Source of the DNA: a bacterium | GTDB lineage: Bacteria; Desulfobacterota; DSWW01 | NCBI GenBank assembly: GCA_040756235.1 | Contig: JBFLZG010000043.1 | Span: 1-49,498, forward strand | Reading direction: 5' to 3' | Length of the DNA stretch: 49,498 bases | Shown: positions 7,710-17,133 of the stretch, piece after piece | Layout of the letters: every line of letters begins with the position of its first letter | How positions within the stretch are numbered: the first letter of the stretch is position 1 | Program-made: the position numbers and the translations under genes | Notes under the pieces: generated by a model | Told to the model about the DNA's origin: nothing | Databases searched by the model: none | The model's input: only the letters and a program-made list of their open reading frames with translations

Positions 7710-9059
7710 ATGTCCAACCACGTCCGGACCATCCAGGCCGATGTGGCTATCGTGGGATCGGGGCCAGGAGGAGCCACGATGGCCCGGGAGCTCAGCCGTA
7801 AGAGGAAGAAAGTCATCATCTGCGAAGCAGGACAATACCAGAAGCGGTTCGGCAACACCTTTCTCCTGCTCGGCATGATGGACCGCATGGGACTGACTTT
7901 CTCAAAAGAGCGGACCTGGGTACTGCGGCCCAAAACCGTGGGCGGCGCGACCGTGGTTTTCTGCGGCACAGCCATACGGCCTCCGGCGTGGCTAAAGGAG
8001 AAATACGGCATCGATTTAAAGGAGGAAGTTGAAGAGCTTTACCGGGAGATCCCCCTTCGCCCGCTCCCGGATCGGCTGATAGGCCCTGCCGCACAAAGGA
8101 TCATGGAGGCCGCCCGGAGCATCGGGCTGGATTGGAACCCCCTGGACAAGTTCATCCGCCCCGACAAGTGCAAACCCAATTGTGGAAAGTGCGGTCTCGG
8201 GTGCAAGGAGCCGAGCGCGAAGTGGACGGCACGCGAATACGTCGAAGAAGCCCGGCAGCATGGCGCCGAGCTTCTCACAGGAACGACAGTCGACCGCGTC
8301 CTGACACAAGGCGGCAAGGCCGTGGGTCTTCGGGCCAGGGGGCCCAAAGGCTGGCTGAACGTGCTTGCCGAGACCGTGATCGTCTCCGCCGGGGGTCAGG
8401 GGACCCCGCCCATCCTGCAGCGCTCGGGTGTATATGATGCCGGACAGGGTTTTTTCGGAGACCCGTTGTGCCTGGTAGTGGGTCCGGGGCCGACGCAAGG
8501 TTCCCGATACGACGTCCCCATGACGGCGGGTATCAACCTCGAAAGAGACGGGATCGTCCTGACCGACATCTTCGGCACCCCCACGTTCTATGCCGGCCTA
8601 CTGGCATACTCCGGCCCCAAAGGCATTGCCGCATTGCCCAAGGCGCTCTACGATTACAATCGAACATACACGATCATGATCAAGGTCAGGGACGGTCTGG
8701 ACGGCAGGATCAACCTTGACGAATCCTTCTCAAAGCCCATCGATTACGACACGCAATGGAAGCTGAACAAGGGCGCCGTGATCGCAGAGGAGATCCTCCA
8801 GAAGGCGGGGGTCAAACGCGAGGAGATTCTGAAAACCGGGGTGATCGCCGCTCATCCCGGAGGCACGGTACGGATCGGAGAGCTGCTGGACAAGGATTGC
8901 CAGACACCCATTCAGAACTGCTATTGCATGGACACGTCGATCATCCCGTTACCGTGGGGGCTCCCCCCCACGGTAACGCTCGTGGCCATGGCGAAACGCC
9001 TGGCCAGGCACCTGACTCACAAAGGGGAGATCAAGGTGGGCACTCCCAAGTCCGTTTGA
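7710..9059 (+). CDS. GMC-family FAD-dependent oxidoreductase
   Basis: DVAIVGSGPGG FAD motif, VGGATVVF, Cys cluster CKPNCGKCGLGC, VIVSAGG.GTP.IL.RSG, HPGGT, DTSIIP...G.PP..T..A. Confidence 0.9.
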   Translation: MSNHVRTIQADVAIVGSGPGGATMARELSRKRKKVIICEAGQYQKRFGNTFLLLGMMDRMGLTFSKERTWVLRPKTVGGATVVFCGTAIRPPAWLKEKYGIDLKEEVEELYREIPLRPLPDRLIGPAAQRIMEAARSIGLDWNPLDKFIRPDKCKPNCGKCGLGCKEPSAKWTAREYVEEARQHGAELLTGTTVDRVLTQGGKAVGLRARGPKGWLNVLAETVIVSAGGQGTPPILQRSGVYDAGQGFFGDPLCLVVGPGPTQGSRYDVPMTAGINLERDGIVLTDIFGTPTFYAGLLAYSGPKGIAALPKALYDYNRTYTIMIKVRDGLDGRINLDESFSKPIDYDTQWKLNKGAVIAEEILQKAGVKREEILKTGVIAAHPGGTVRIGELLDKDCQTPIQNCYCMDTSIIPLPWGLPPTVTLVAMAKRLARHLTHKGEIKVGTPKSV

Positions 9060-9163
9060 GTGCTCCCGACGTGGCGGCCGACATTGCCAGGCGGCGTCTG
9101 AAGAGACCCATGTGCAGACGCTCAACCTCTACCGTCGTGGTCCGCCGTTCCCGCTTCTACGGG

Positions 9164-10039
9164 TTATGCCTCCTTCCGAGTTGACCCGCGAGTTGACCTC
9201 TCTCGCGTGATCTTGATGGCCGGCGCCTGGAAGCGGGCTTTGCCGGATTTCTGCCGTCTTCGCGTTGATCTCTCCCCGCCTGCATCCGCTTCCGTGTCCT
9301 TCTTGCGAAACTCTACCGTGTACCTCCTGGTTGTTTCAATGAGGATCTTCCTATGGAACAGGCCCATGAGATTACTTGAGATCGTGGCTGCGGCCTCGAC
9401 CATGGCCGGAAGCTTCTGGGCGGGGACTTTTCCTGCTGTCAAGCTGGCAAAGATTTTCAGCTCTTCGGCCACCAGCATCTCCATGAAGTCCCAGTAAAGC
9501 TTCATCTGGCTCGGGTCAATCCCGAGATCGGGCGTGAAGCCGGCTCTGCGGAACTTTGCGAAGCACTCCACGATACGAATATCGTCTTCTCCGTACAGCT
9601 TCTGGTTGCCTTTGCGGGCGGGTGTGAGCATCTTGAGCTGTTCCATCATCCGAATGTCTTCCAGGCTGACTCCGGTCATCTTCGGCAGGTCGTTCACGTG
9701 CAATGGCTCGAGCGTCGGGTTCTCCTCCAGGTTGGTGAACAGCTTCCCGTCGATTTCCAGCAAGGTCCGTATTTCATCCACGCTCATTCCGCCCTTCTCG
9801 CCCTGCATCACCCGTTTGATCACGGACAGGGGAAGGAAGCGCTTGGACTGGAGCTCCTTGACCAGGCGGATGGCGTTCACGTGGGACTCGTCATAGTAAG
9901 CCATGTTGGCATGGGTCTTGATGGGCTTCGGGATGAGCCCCTCGTTCACGTAGAACTGGACCGTGGCCTTGGTGACGCCGGTCTCGGCCATCAACCGCTT
10001 CATGCGCATCTTGTTCTTGGTGGAGATCACTCTCGCCAT
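9164..10039 (-). CDS. MerR-family transcriptional regulator with two HTH-like segments
   Basis: MRMKRLMAETGVTKATVQFYVNEGLIPKPIKT..NMAYYDESHV and a second HTH-like DLPKMTGVSLEDIRMMEQLKML. Confidence 0.9.
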   Translation of the reverse strand: MARVISTKNKMRMKRLMAETGVTKATVQFYVNEGLIPKPIKTHANMAYYDESHVNAIRLVKELQSKRFLPLSVIKRVMQGEKGGMSVDEIRTLLEIDGKLFTNLEENPTLEPLHVNDLPKMTGVSLEDIRMMEQLKMLTPARKGNQKLYGEDDIRIVECFAKFRRAGFTPDLGIDPSQMKLYWDFMEMLVAEELKIFASLTAGKVPAQKLPAMVEAAATISSNLMGLFHRKILIETTRRYTVEFRKKDTEADAGGERSTRRRQKSGKARFQAPAIKITRERSTRGSTRKEA

Positions 10040-10139
10040 GAGACCGCCGGATTCTGAAGGGTTCCTGCGCCACGGGGCTCCGGGTTTTCAGGGAGAGGCC
10101 TGGAGCAGCAGAAGTGCCGCGTGGCACATGCCGGGAGTT

Positions 10140-10168
10140 GTTATAAGAGGCATCGCCCTGGATGTCAA
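10140..10168 (-). promoter_or_regulatory. Sigma70 promoter for the MerR-family gene
   Basis: Minus strand TTGACA (10168-10163), 17-nt spacer, TATAAC (10145-10140). Confidence 0.7.
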
Positions 10169-10186
10169 TGGTTCAGGCCGGGATGT

Positions 10187-10603
10187 TCAGGCCAGGATGA
10201 TCGACTCCTTTCCGATCTCACGCAGGGTCTCATTATAGGCCAGGGCGAGTTTGCGCAGAAGCGGGGTCAGCTTCAGCACCTTGGTGGCGTTGCCCGTAAG
10301 CTTGATCTTCTTGCGGGTGATGGCGACCATCACGTTGAACCGATTGGACCAGGTCCGGTGGGCATCGTCCGCGCACAAGGCCATCTCCACATCCGGCGGG
10401 CCGGGAGGGTCTCCGGTTCCGAAGCGGAGAACATCTCCCCGGGAGTCGATCCAGATCCTGACCTCCGGGTCATGGTAGGTGAAGACCAGAAGGTTCTTCA
10501 AACTCTCCATCTTGTCACGGATCGCGGGATCCTCCAGCGACTTGTCGAACATGCCGATCACTGCCTTGGACACCTCTTCGCCGCTGTTCCAGAATTCCGA
10601 CAT
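10187..10603 (-). CDS. SCP2 sterol/lipid-binding domain protein
   Basis: PDVEMALCADDAHRTWSNRFNVMVAITRKKIKLTGNATKVLKL is an SCP2 signature; SD GGAGG. Confidence 0.8.
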   Translation of the reverse strand: MSEFWNSGEEVSKAVIGMFDKSLEDPAIRDKMESLKNLLVFTYHDPEVRIWIDSRGDVLRFGTGDPPGPPDVEMALCADDAHRTWSNRFNVMVAITRKKIKLTGNATKVLKLTPLLRKLALAYNETLREIGKESIILA

Positions 10604-10638
10604 GCCTTCCTCCTTGCTCGCTTTCCGGCAGAAGATGT

Positions 10639-12153
10639 TCAGTCCCCTGCGTTTCCCAGGAGCAGCTGAAACCAGAAGCTCTCTTCCCGTTTCGTCTTGA
10701 TGTTGATGTGGACGGTCTTCAGCTCGGTGAACTCGTAGAGCCCTTCGAGCCCGCTCTCCCTGCCGATCCCACTCTGCTTGTAGCCGCCGAAAGGAAAGTT
10801 GGGGCTCAAGGTGTGCCAGTCATTGACGAAGACCGTGCCGGCCCGGAGCCTCCGGGCGATCCGGTTCGCCCGATCGAGATCCGCAGACCAGATGCCTGCC
10901 GTGAGCCCGTACCGGGTATCGTTCGCCATGTTTACCGCCTCTTCCTCTTCCTCGTAAGGGATCAGGCACAACACGGGGCCAAAGATCTCTTCCCTGGAGA
11001 TCACCATGTCCTGGCTCGCGTCTCCGAACAGGGTGGGCTCCACCCAGAAGCCCCTTGCAAAAGCGTCTCCTTCGGGAGGACCGCCCCCCAGCAGGAGGCG
11101 CGCTCCCTCTTTTCTTCCCTGTTGGATGTAGCGGAGCACTCTTTCCCTCTGCTGACTTGAGATCACGGGCCCTATGTCCGTATCCCCGTCCATGGGGTCT
11201 CCGAGCACGAGGGTCCTGGCCCGCTCGACGAGAAGGCCCGCGAAATCCGCGTAAAGGCTCCTGGGGACATACACCCGGCTTCCGGACATGCAGACCTGTC
11301 CCTGGTGCATCAGGCCGCCATAGAGGACGCCGTCCGCGGCCATCTCGAGATTCGCATCTTCGAGCACGATGGCCGGATTCTTTCCCCCCAGCTCCAGGGT
11401 GACGCGTTTGAGATCACGGGCTGCCTTGCTCATGATCTCTCTTCCCACTTCGGTGGAGCCGGTCATGCTGATCTTGTCCACCATCGGGTGTTCGGACAGG
11501 AGGTTTCCGGTCTGAGCGCCGGGGCCCGTGATCAGGTTGAACACGCCTTTCGGCAATCCCAGGGAATCGATCAGCCGGGTGAGCTCCAGCAGGCTCAAAG
11601 GGGCGGCGGAAGAAGGTTTGAGCACCACCGTGTTGCCTGCGATCAGGGCAGGGATGATCTTCCAGGTTGCCAGGAAGAGGGGGAAGTTCCAGGGAACGAT
11701 GCAGGCCACCACGCCGATCGGCTCCCGCACCGTGTAATCCCAGGAGAGGGCCGGAAAGGTGGATTGGGCCTTGGACTCCGGTTCCACGAGGTGCTGGGCC
11801 ATCTCGGCGTAGCGCTGGCAGAACAGGCCCACCAGGGGCAACACCATGCCGGAGGAAACTCGGATCACCATGCCTGCATCACGGGTTTCGATTTCCGACA
11901 AGTCCGAGCTGTGCTCTGCGATCCGCTTCTCCAGCTCGAAAAAGAAGGCGGCCCGTTCGCGGGGATCCATCCGGGGCCATGCGCCCTGGTCAAAGGCGCG
12001 ACGAGCGGCCCGGACCGCGGCATCCACATCCTCCTCTGCTGCCACGGCTACCTCGGCGAGGGTTTCTTCGGTAGCCGGATTGACCGCGGGGAAGCTGCGG
12101 CCGGCCTTCCCCTCTTCCCACCTCCCGTCGATATAGAGAACCTGCTTCTTCAT
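10639..12153 (-). CDS. NAD(P)-dependent aldehyde dehydrogenase
   Basis: PWNFP, TGSTEVG, LELGGKNP, catalytic Cys GQVCMSG, EEIFGPV, FGGYKQSG. Start MKKQVLYIDG overlaps the ADH stop (ATGA). Confidence 0.95.
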   Translation of the reverse strand: MKKQVLYIDGRWEEGKAGRSFPAVNPATEETLAEVAVAAEEDVDAAVRAARRAFDQGAWPRMDPRERAAFFFELEKRIAEHSSDLSEIETRDAGMVIRVSSGMVLPLVGLFCQRYAEMAQHLVEPESKAQSTFPALSWDYTVREPIGVVACIVPWNFPLFLATWKIIPALIAGNTVVLKPSSAAPLSLLELTRLIDSLGLPKGVFNLITGPGAQTGNLLSEHPMVDKISMTGSTEVGREIMSKAARDLKRVTLELGGKNPAIVLEDANLEMAADGVLYGGLMHQGQVCMSGSRVYVPRSLYADFAGLLVERARTLVLGDPMDGDTDIGPVISSQQRERVLRYIQQGRKEGARLLLGGGPPEGDAFARGFWVEPTLFGDASQDMVISREEIFGPVLCLIPYEEEEEAVNMANDTRYGLTAGIWSADLDRANRIARRLRAGTVFVNDWHTLSPNFPFGGYKQSGIGRESGLEGLYEFTELKTVHINIKTKREESFWFQLLLGNAGD

Positions 12154-13223
12154 GAGAACGGCCTCACAGCGATCTTGAGGGATTTCGCCGCGGGGTCCGT
12201 CGCCATCTCGTATCCCTGCAGGATGTCCGCGAGCGAAAGACGGTGGGTCCAGAGAGGCGTGAAATCCAGGCGGCCGTACCGGATCAGATCCATGAGACGC
12301 TGGAGTCGAAAGCGGCCCGAGGGACAAAGGGTGGTCACAAATCTGCGGTGGTAGAAGGCATCGGGCACCATCGAATTGTGGGATGCCGGGATCGTCAGGT
12401 CGCCGAACTCCAGGCCATACACCCCGAGACTGGTGATCGCCCCGCCGATCCTCGCGGTCCCAAAGGCGCCCCGCAGGGTCGCTTCCTTGCCCACCGCCTC
12501 CACGGCCACGTGCACGCCGTACCCGTCGGTGAGGTCGAGGATGCGGGGAACGACGTCCCCTTCCCCGGGATCGAGCACGATGTTGGCACCCATCTTCCTG
12601 GCCACTTCCCGCCGGAACGGGTTCGGCTCCACGGCAATCACCAGGCCTGCCCCCAGGGCCCTGGCCGCAGCCGTCACACAGAGCCCGAGCGGGCCCTGCG
12701 CGAATACGGCCACCGAGTCACCCGTGCGCAGGGGGGCGCGTTCCAGGACCCCAACGCCCGTGGAGAAGATGTCCCCTGTCAGGATGGCCTCTTCATCCTT
12801 CAGTACATCCGGTACCCTGCACATGCTCGTGGAGGCAAAGGGAACGCGGGCATATTGGGCCTGGAAGCCGTTCAGGGCCATCCCGTGCTGGAGCCTGGCT
12901 TCCGGATGAAGGCAGGCGCTTTGATCGCCCCCCTGACAGCTGGCGCATTGCCCGCACGCCAGCGTGCAGGAGACGACCACCCGGTCGCCTTCTTGAAAAC
13001 CTGCAACGGCCTCACCGACATCAACGATCTCGCCCACGACCTCGTGCCCCATGATCACGTCCGGCAGGGGAAGGTGCGCCACGTGCAGGTCGGTTCCGCA
13101 TATGGTGCACAACCTGACCTTGATGAGAACATCGGTGGGCTCTTCGATCGCAGGAACCTCTTTCTCCTCCACCACGAGCTGTCCCGGATCCTTCCGCACA
13201 CATCCCAGCATCGTGTAACCCAT
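12150..13223 (-). CDS. Zn-dependent (MDR) alcohol dehydrogenase
   Basis: CGTDLH, GHE, structural Zn CGQCASC...C, DIFSTG, AQGPLG. Confidence 0.95.
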   Translation of the reverse strand: MGYTMLGCVRKDPGQLVVEEKEVPAIEEPTDVLIKVRLCTICGTDLHVAHLPLPDVIMGHEVVGEIVDVGEAVAGFQEGDRVVVSCTLACGQCASCQGGDQSACLHPEARLQHGMALNGFQAQYARVPFASTSMCRVPDVLKDEEAILTGDIFSTGVGVLERAPLRTGDSVAVFAQGPLGLCVTAAARALGAGLVIAVEPNPFRREVARKMGANIVLDPGEGDVVPRILDLTDGYGVHVAVEAVGKEATLRGAFGTARIGGAITSLGVYGLEFGDLTIPASHNSMVPDAFYHRRFVTTLCPSGRFRLQRLMDLIRYGRLDFTPLWTHRLSLADILQGYEMATDPAAKSLKIAVRPFS

Positions 13224-13245
13224 GGCTTACCCCGCTTGTCTGGGT

Positions 13246-14877
13246 TCAATACCCGCGCTCGTTCGTCTCCCAGAACTTCTCGAACCCGAAGTCCTCGGCA
13301 ATGACCTTGTACGCATTGTAACCCGGGCCGGCCGCCGCACCCCCGAACGGATGCTGGCCCGAGCTGCAGAGGTAAAGTCCTTCGATCTCGGTTCGATACC
13401 TGGCCGCCTCAGGGAAGGGGCGCATATAACCCATCTGATCCGGGGCGACGGCCCCGTTGCAGAAGTCTCCTTCGCCCAGGCGCATATCATCCTTTTGATC
13501 CAGGGGGGTGTAGAAATAGTCGGCGATCAAGTTGGCCCGGGTCATGTTCGGGGCCCAGCGGACGAACCTCTCGAGAAATCGATTGTTGTAGGTGGCCCGG
13601 ATCTCTTCCCATTGCGCCCGGGTGTGCGTGCTGGCCTTGGGGAAGAAGAACCACCCGGACAGGCTGTGCTTGCCGGGCGGAGCGTACGTCGGATCCCAGA
13701 GGGAGTTGACCCAGATGCCGGCTCCGGGAATCCTGGGCACCTTCCCGGTCTCGGCCTCGAGGCAATATTCGAGCACCTCTTCCGGGGTGTCGTAGCCGAC
13801 GACTGTGTAGAAGGTCCTGTTGATGTCCGGGTTGTGGCGTGCGCTCTTGAAGGCGGGCGCTTCGTGGAGAGCCATGCCGGTGGAGGCCAGAACGCACGAG
13901 GGCCCGTAGCGAAAGTCCTTGGTGCGCTTGACCCACAAGGGGCTCAGATTCTCTTCCCCGACCATCCCGAGAAGAGTCTGCTTGAGGTCCGCACCCGAGG
14001 CGACGAGCTTCGTGGCCCTGACCTCGGTCCCGTCGGCGAGCCGGATGCCTGCGGCCTTTCCCTTCCGAATGAGGATCTTCTTCACCTCGCTGGTCTCGTG
14101 GATGTCCACGCCTTCCCGAATGCACGCCATCGTCATGGCATGCGCCAGCGTATGGGTGCCGCCCACGCACAGGCGCCAGTTCAGGCCGATGAAGAAGAGG
14201 CTCATTACGGCAACCCACCCCAGGTGCATCATGTCGACCGGACAACCCCACTCCACGAGCATCCGGTAGAGGAGAGCCCTCAGCTCCGGGGTTTCGAACA
14301 GGGAGTCGACCAGGGTCTTCCCGGATCCCTTCGAGAGATGATGCGGCAGCCCGAAGAGCTCCATCAGGGCGATGCCCAAGGTATTGAGCGGGTCCGGGTC
14401 TTCCTCGGTGGGCAAATCCGGCGGGTTGTAGAAGAACTGAACGAAAGCGTCCTCTCCGTCCAGGGCCTTCCTGCGGAGGTCCACGAAGGTGTCGGCATCG
14501 CGCTTGGAGTAGACGGCAATCGATTTGTGAGTGCGGGCGAAATGCTCTTCCTTCTCGACACTGTAGAGAATGATCGGCGGTCTGCCGTTCGAAAAGGCAA
14601 TCCCGGATTGGGCCTCAGGGTAGATCATCCTGGCGCCCAGCTCCTCCAGCTTGAAATCATGGTAGAACGGCATCCAATCGATGAACTCCATGTACTGTGC
14701 GTGCAGGTTGTGGATGAACCCGGGGGCCGTGCATTCGGACGAGAAGATGCAACCCCCCTCTTCGTTCCTGCGCTCGAAGATCCCCACCTGCATGCCGCTA
14801 CGCTGCAGGTACGCAGCAAGCGTGAGGCTTTGATGGCCCGCGCCGACGATGACGGCATCGTATTCTTTTTTCACCAT
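13246..14877 (-). CDS. Phytoene-desaturase-like (COG1233) FAD oxidoreductase, subunit B
   Basis: YDAVIVGAGHQS (degenerate GxGxxG), PGFIHNLH, GGTHTLAHAM, RYRTEIEGLYLCSSGQHPFGG..GPGYNA. Confidence 0.9.
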   Translation of the reverse strand: MVKKEYDAVIVGAGHQSLTLAAYLQRSGMQVGIFERRNEEGGCIFSSECTAPGFIHNLHAQYMEFIDWMPFYHDFKLEELGARMIYPEAQSGIAFSNGRPPIILYSVEKEEHFARTHKSIAVYSKRDADTFVDLRRKALDGEDAFVQFFYNPPDLPTEEDPDPLNTLGIALMELFGLPHHLSKGSGKTLVDSLFETPELRALLYRMLVEWGCPVDMMHLGWVAVMSLFFIGLNWRLCVGGTHTLAHAMTMACIREGVDIHETSEVKKILIRKGKAAGIRLADGTEVRATKLVASGADLKQTLLGMVGEENLSPLWVKRTKDFRYGPSCVLASTGMALHEAPAFKSARHNPDINRTFYTVVGYDTPEEVLEYCLEAETGKVPRIPGAGIWVNSLWDPTYAPPGKHSLSGWFFFPKASTHTRAQWEEIRATYNNRFLERFVRWAPNMTRANLIADYFYTPLDQKDDMRLGEGDFCNGAVAPDQMGYMRPFPEAARYRTEIEGLYLCSSGQHPFGGAAAGPGYNAYKVIAEDFGFEKFWETNERGY

Positions 14878-14948
14878 GGTTTGTGTCCTTGTCTTCTCAT
14901 GTGGACGAGTTGGATGCGGGCGGATGCGTCCGCAAGGAGCTCCTCTCC

Positions 14949-16556
14949 TCAGATCCGGACCCACCATTTCTCCAGTCCGAAATCATCCGCGATGACCTGC
15001 AGGGCATTGTAGGCCGGCCCGAAGGTGATGAAGCCGTGCGGATGGGCAGTGGAACCACAGAGGTACAGTCCCTGGATTGGCGTCCGGTACTGGCTGAGGG
15101 AACGGCTGGGCCTGTTCGCCATGAGGTTGGTGTCCGCGATCTTGCCCACCATCCAGTCGCCGCGGACCATGTTGATGAGCTTTTCGGATATGTCCAGGGG
15201 CGTATAAGGCTTTGCCTCAACGATGTCCGCATCCGAAAACTCGTCACAGTAGGCCTCGAGCTTCTCGATACAACGGCGCATGTAAAGGTCCTTGAACGAT
15301 GTGGCCCACACCCCGGAGCCCTTCCCGTCCACCGAGTAGGGGGCGAACACGCGGATCAGGCCGGTGGCCTTCCCTTCCGGGGCATCGTAGGGATCAAACA
15401 TGGAATTGATCGCTACATTGAGCCTCGGCTTTTCCGGGGCTATGCCACTGCGGATATCCTGCCAATCGCGGTTGAAATCCTCCAAAGTCTCATAGCCGAG
15501 GTTCAAGACCCATGCGCGGTTGATGTCCGGATCGAATTCGGCCGCCTTGTACGTGGGCACCTTGTACAAGGCCATGTGGACCGAGAACAGGCTTCCTTCC
15601 TGGTACTCGTAGGCATCCACCTCTGCCAGGGTCCCCGCGGGCACCACCTCCGGCGGCAGCATCTTCTGAAAAGTCTGGTTCACATCGACGCTGCTGGCCA
15701 CGAGCTTGTCCGCACGGAACTCACGGCCGTCGTCCGTGCGCACCCCGACCGCGCGCCCGTCCTCGACCAGGATCTGCGCCACAGGGGAGGAAGGAATCAG
15801 GGTGACGTTGTTCCGGCGCATCTGCCGCCACAACGCGTGCGCCAGCCGATGGGAGCCGCCGCAGGCGATCTTCCAATTGTCGATCTTGCCCAGCATGAAC
15901 GGAAAGGATATGGCCAGTCCTGGGCGATCCGTGTAATAGCCGCAGACCGCAGCGTGGAAGGCCAGCATGACGCGGATCTTTTCGTTCTCGAAGTGCTTCT
16001 TAAGAAAATCGTTGATGCTCATGGAGCGAAGCTTGGCCCGGAAGAACTCGGTCTTGTCCTCCACCTTCCAGGTGCTGAGCGCGCGCGTGATGTCGTTCAC
16101 GTCGATGGGCGGGGCATACATAAGTGTGCGGATCATCAGGTCCTGGAACCCTTTCACTTCCTTGTACAGGCGCTGGAAGGTATCGGCATCCTTGCGGCTG
16201 AACCGGCTCATGGAGTTGTAAGTCTTCTCCATGTCCGTATGGACCGTCAGAGCCGTGCCATCCTGGAAGATCGAGCCCATTTGTACGGGCGGTTGGACGT
16301 AGGTGACTCCGTCGGGTTCGCCCACCAGGTCCAGGTCGTCGTAGACCGGGCACAACCCGACGAAAGTGTGATAGTTGCTGTGCATGTTGTGGAGGAATCC
16401 GGGCCTGGTGTAGTGCTCGGTCGAGAGACCGCCGCCTTCTTCGAGCCTCCTCTCCAGGACAAGCACCCGCCATCCGCTCTTGCCGAGATAGGCGGAAAGG
16501 GCCATGCCATTGTGCCCCGCGCCAATGACAATGGCGTCGTAAGTATCGTTCCCCAT
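14949..16556 (-). CDS. Phytoene-desaturase-like (COG1233) FAD oxidoreductase, subunit A
   Basis: YDAIVIGAGHNG, LERR..EGGG, PGFLHNMHS, GGSHRLAHAL, YRTPIQGLYLCGSTAHPHG. Confidence 0.9.
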   Translation of the reverse strand: MGNDTYDAIVIGAGHNGMALSAYLGKSGWRVLVLERRLEEGGGLSTEHYTRPGFLHNMHSNYHTFVGLCPVYDDLDLVGEPDGVTYVQPPVQMGSIFQDGTALTVHTDMEKTYNSMSRFSRKDADTFQRLYKEVKGFQDLMIRTLMYAPPIDVNDITRALSTWKVEDKTEFFRAKLRSMSINDFLKKHFENEKIRVMLAFHAAVCGYYTDRPGLAISFPFMLGKIDNWKIACGGSHRLAHALWRQMRRNNVTLIPSSPVAQILVEDGRAVGVRTDDGREFRADKLVASSVDVNQTFQKMLPPEVVPAGTLAEVDAYEYQEGSLFSVHMALYKVPTYKAAEFDPDINRAWVLNLGYETLEDFNRDWQDIRSGIAPEKPRLNVAINSMFDPYDAPEGKATGLIRVFAPYSVDGKGSGVWATSFKDLYMRRCIEKLEAYCDEFSDADIVEAKPYTPLDISEKLINMVRGDWMVGKIADTNLMANRPSRSLSQYRTPIQGLYLCGSTAHPHGFITFGPAYNALQVIADDFGLEKWWVRI

Positions 16557-16650
16557 TGCACCTCTCCTGTTTCAAGTTAGGGTTACTCTACTCGAGTCTT
16601 CCCCGTCCCCTCCCGGCAGAAGCCTGCCGTCTCAGGCCCGACGCCCAGAA

Positions 16651-17097
16651 TCATGAATACGGAGGCTTGCCCAGAGGCCATTCGGTCACATCGCTCTTGG
16701 TGTATACATCGAAGATCACGTTCACCATGTCCGCATGCTGCATCAGGAGACGCATGTCGCCGCGGATCGTCATCGATCCGTTAAGGCCGATCTCGACCGG
16801 ATCCAGCGTGCCGGCCGCAACCCCGTCAAAGATGCTCGCCAGGCCCGTGATGCGATAATGAAGCCCCTTTCCGTTGATCCTGTCCGGTGCTTCGGTGTAT
16901 TCCACCACTCTTCCGTCGAGGAAGCGGATGAAGAAATACTTCGTCGTTCCTGCGGGAACGTACGGGGATTTCCCGTCCCCCACCACCTCAACGGCGATCT
17001 TCCACTCCCCCTGCGGAACCTTGCGCGAGATATCGTCGCGGCTGTTGGCCAGATGGAACATCGCCTCGTACCATGCTCTGCTGTAGATGGCTGGCAT
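16651..17097 (-). CDS. SCP2-like domain protein
   Basis: N-terminal YSRAWYEA; YRITG.ASIFDGVAAGTLDPVEIGLNGSMTIRGDMRLLMQHA follows the SCP2 pattern; SD GGAG. Confidence 0.7.
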   Translation of the reverse strand: MPAIYSRAWYEAMFHLANSRDDISRKVPQGEWKIAVEVVGDGKSPYVPAGTTKYFFIRFLDGRVVEYTEAPDRINGKGLHYRITGLASIFDGVAAGTLDPVEIGLNGSMTIRGDMRLLMQHADMVNVIFDVYTKSDVTEWPLGKPPYS

Positions 17098-17133
17098 CGT
17101 GGTCTCCCTCTCCTTGTGGGCGTTACGAGTTTG

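Noticed and set aside
13246..16556. Carotenoid biosynthesis cluster
   Set aside because: No phytoene synthase, GGPP synthase or cyclase nearby; the neighbours are catabolic.
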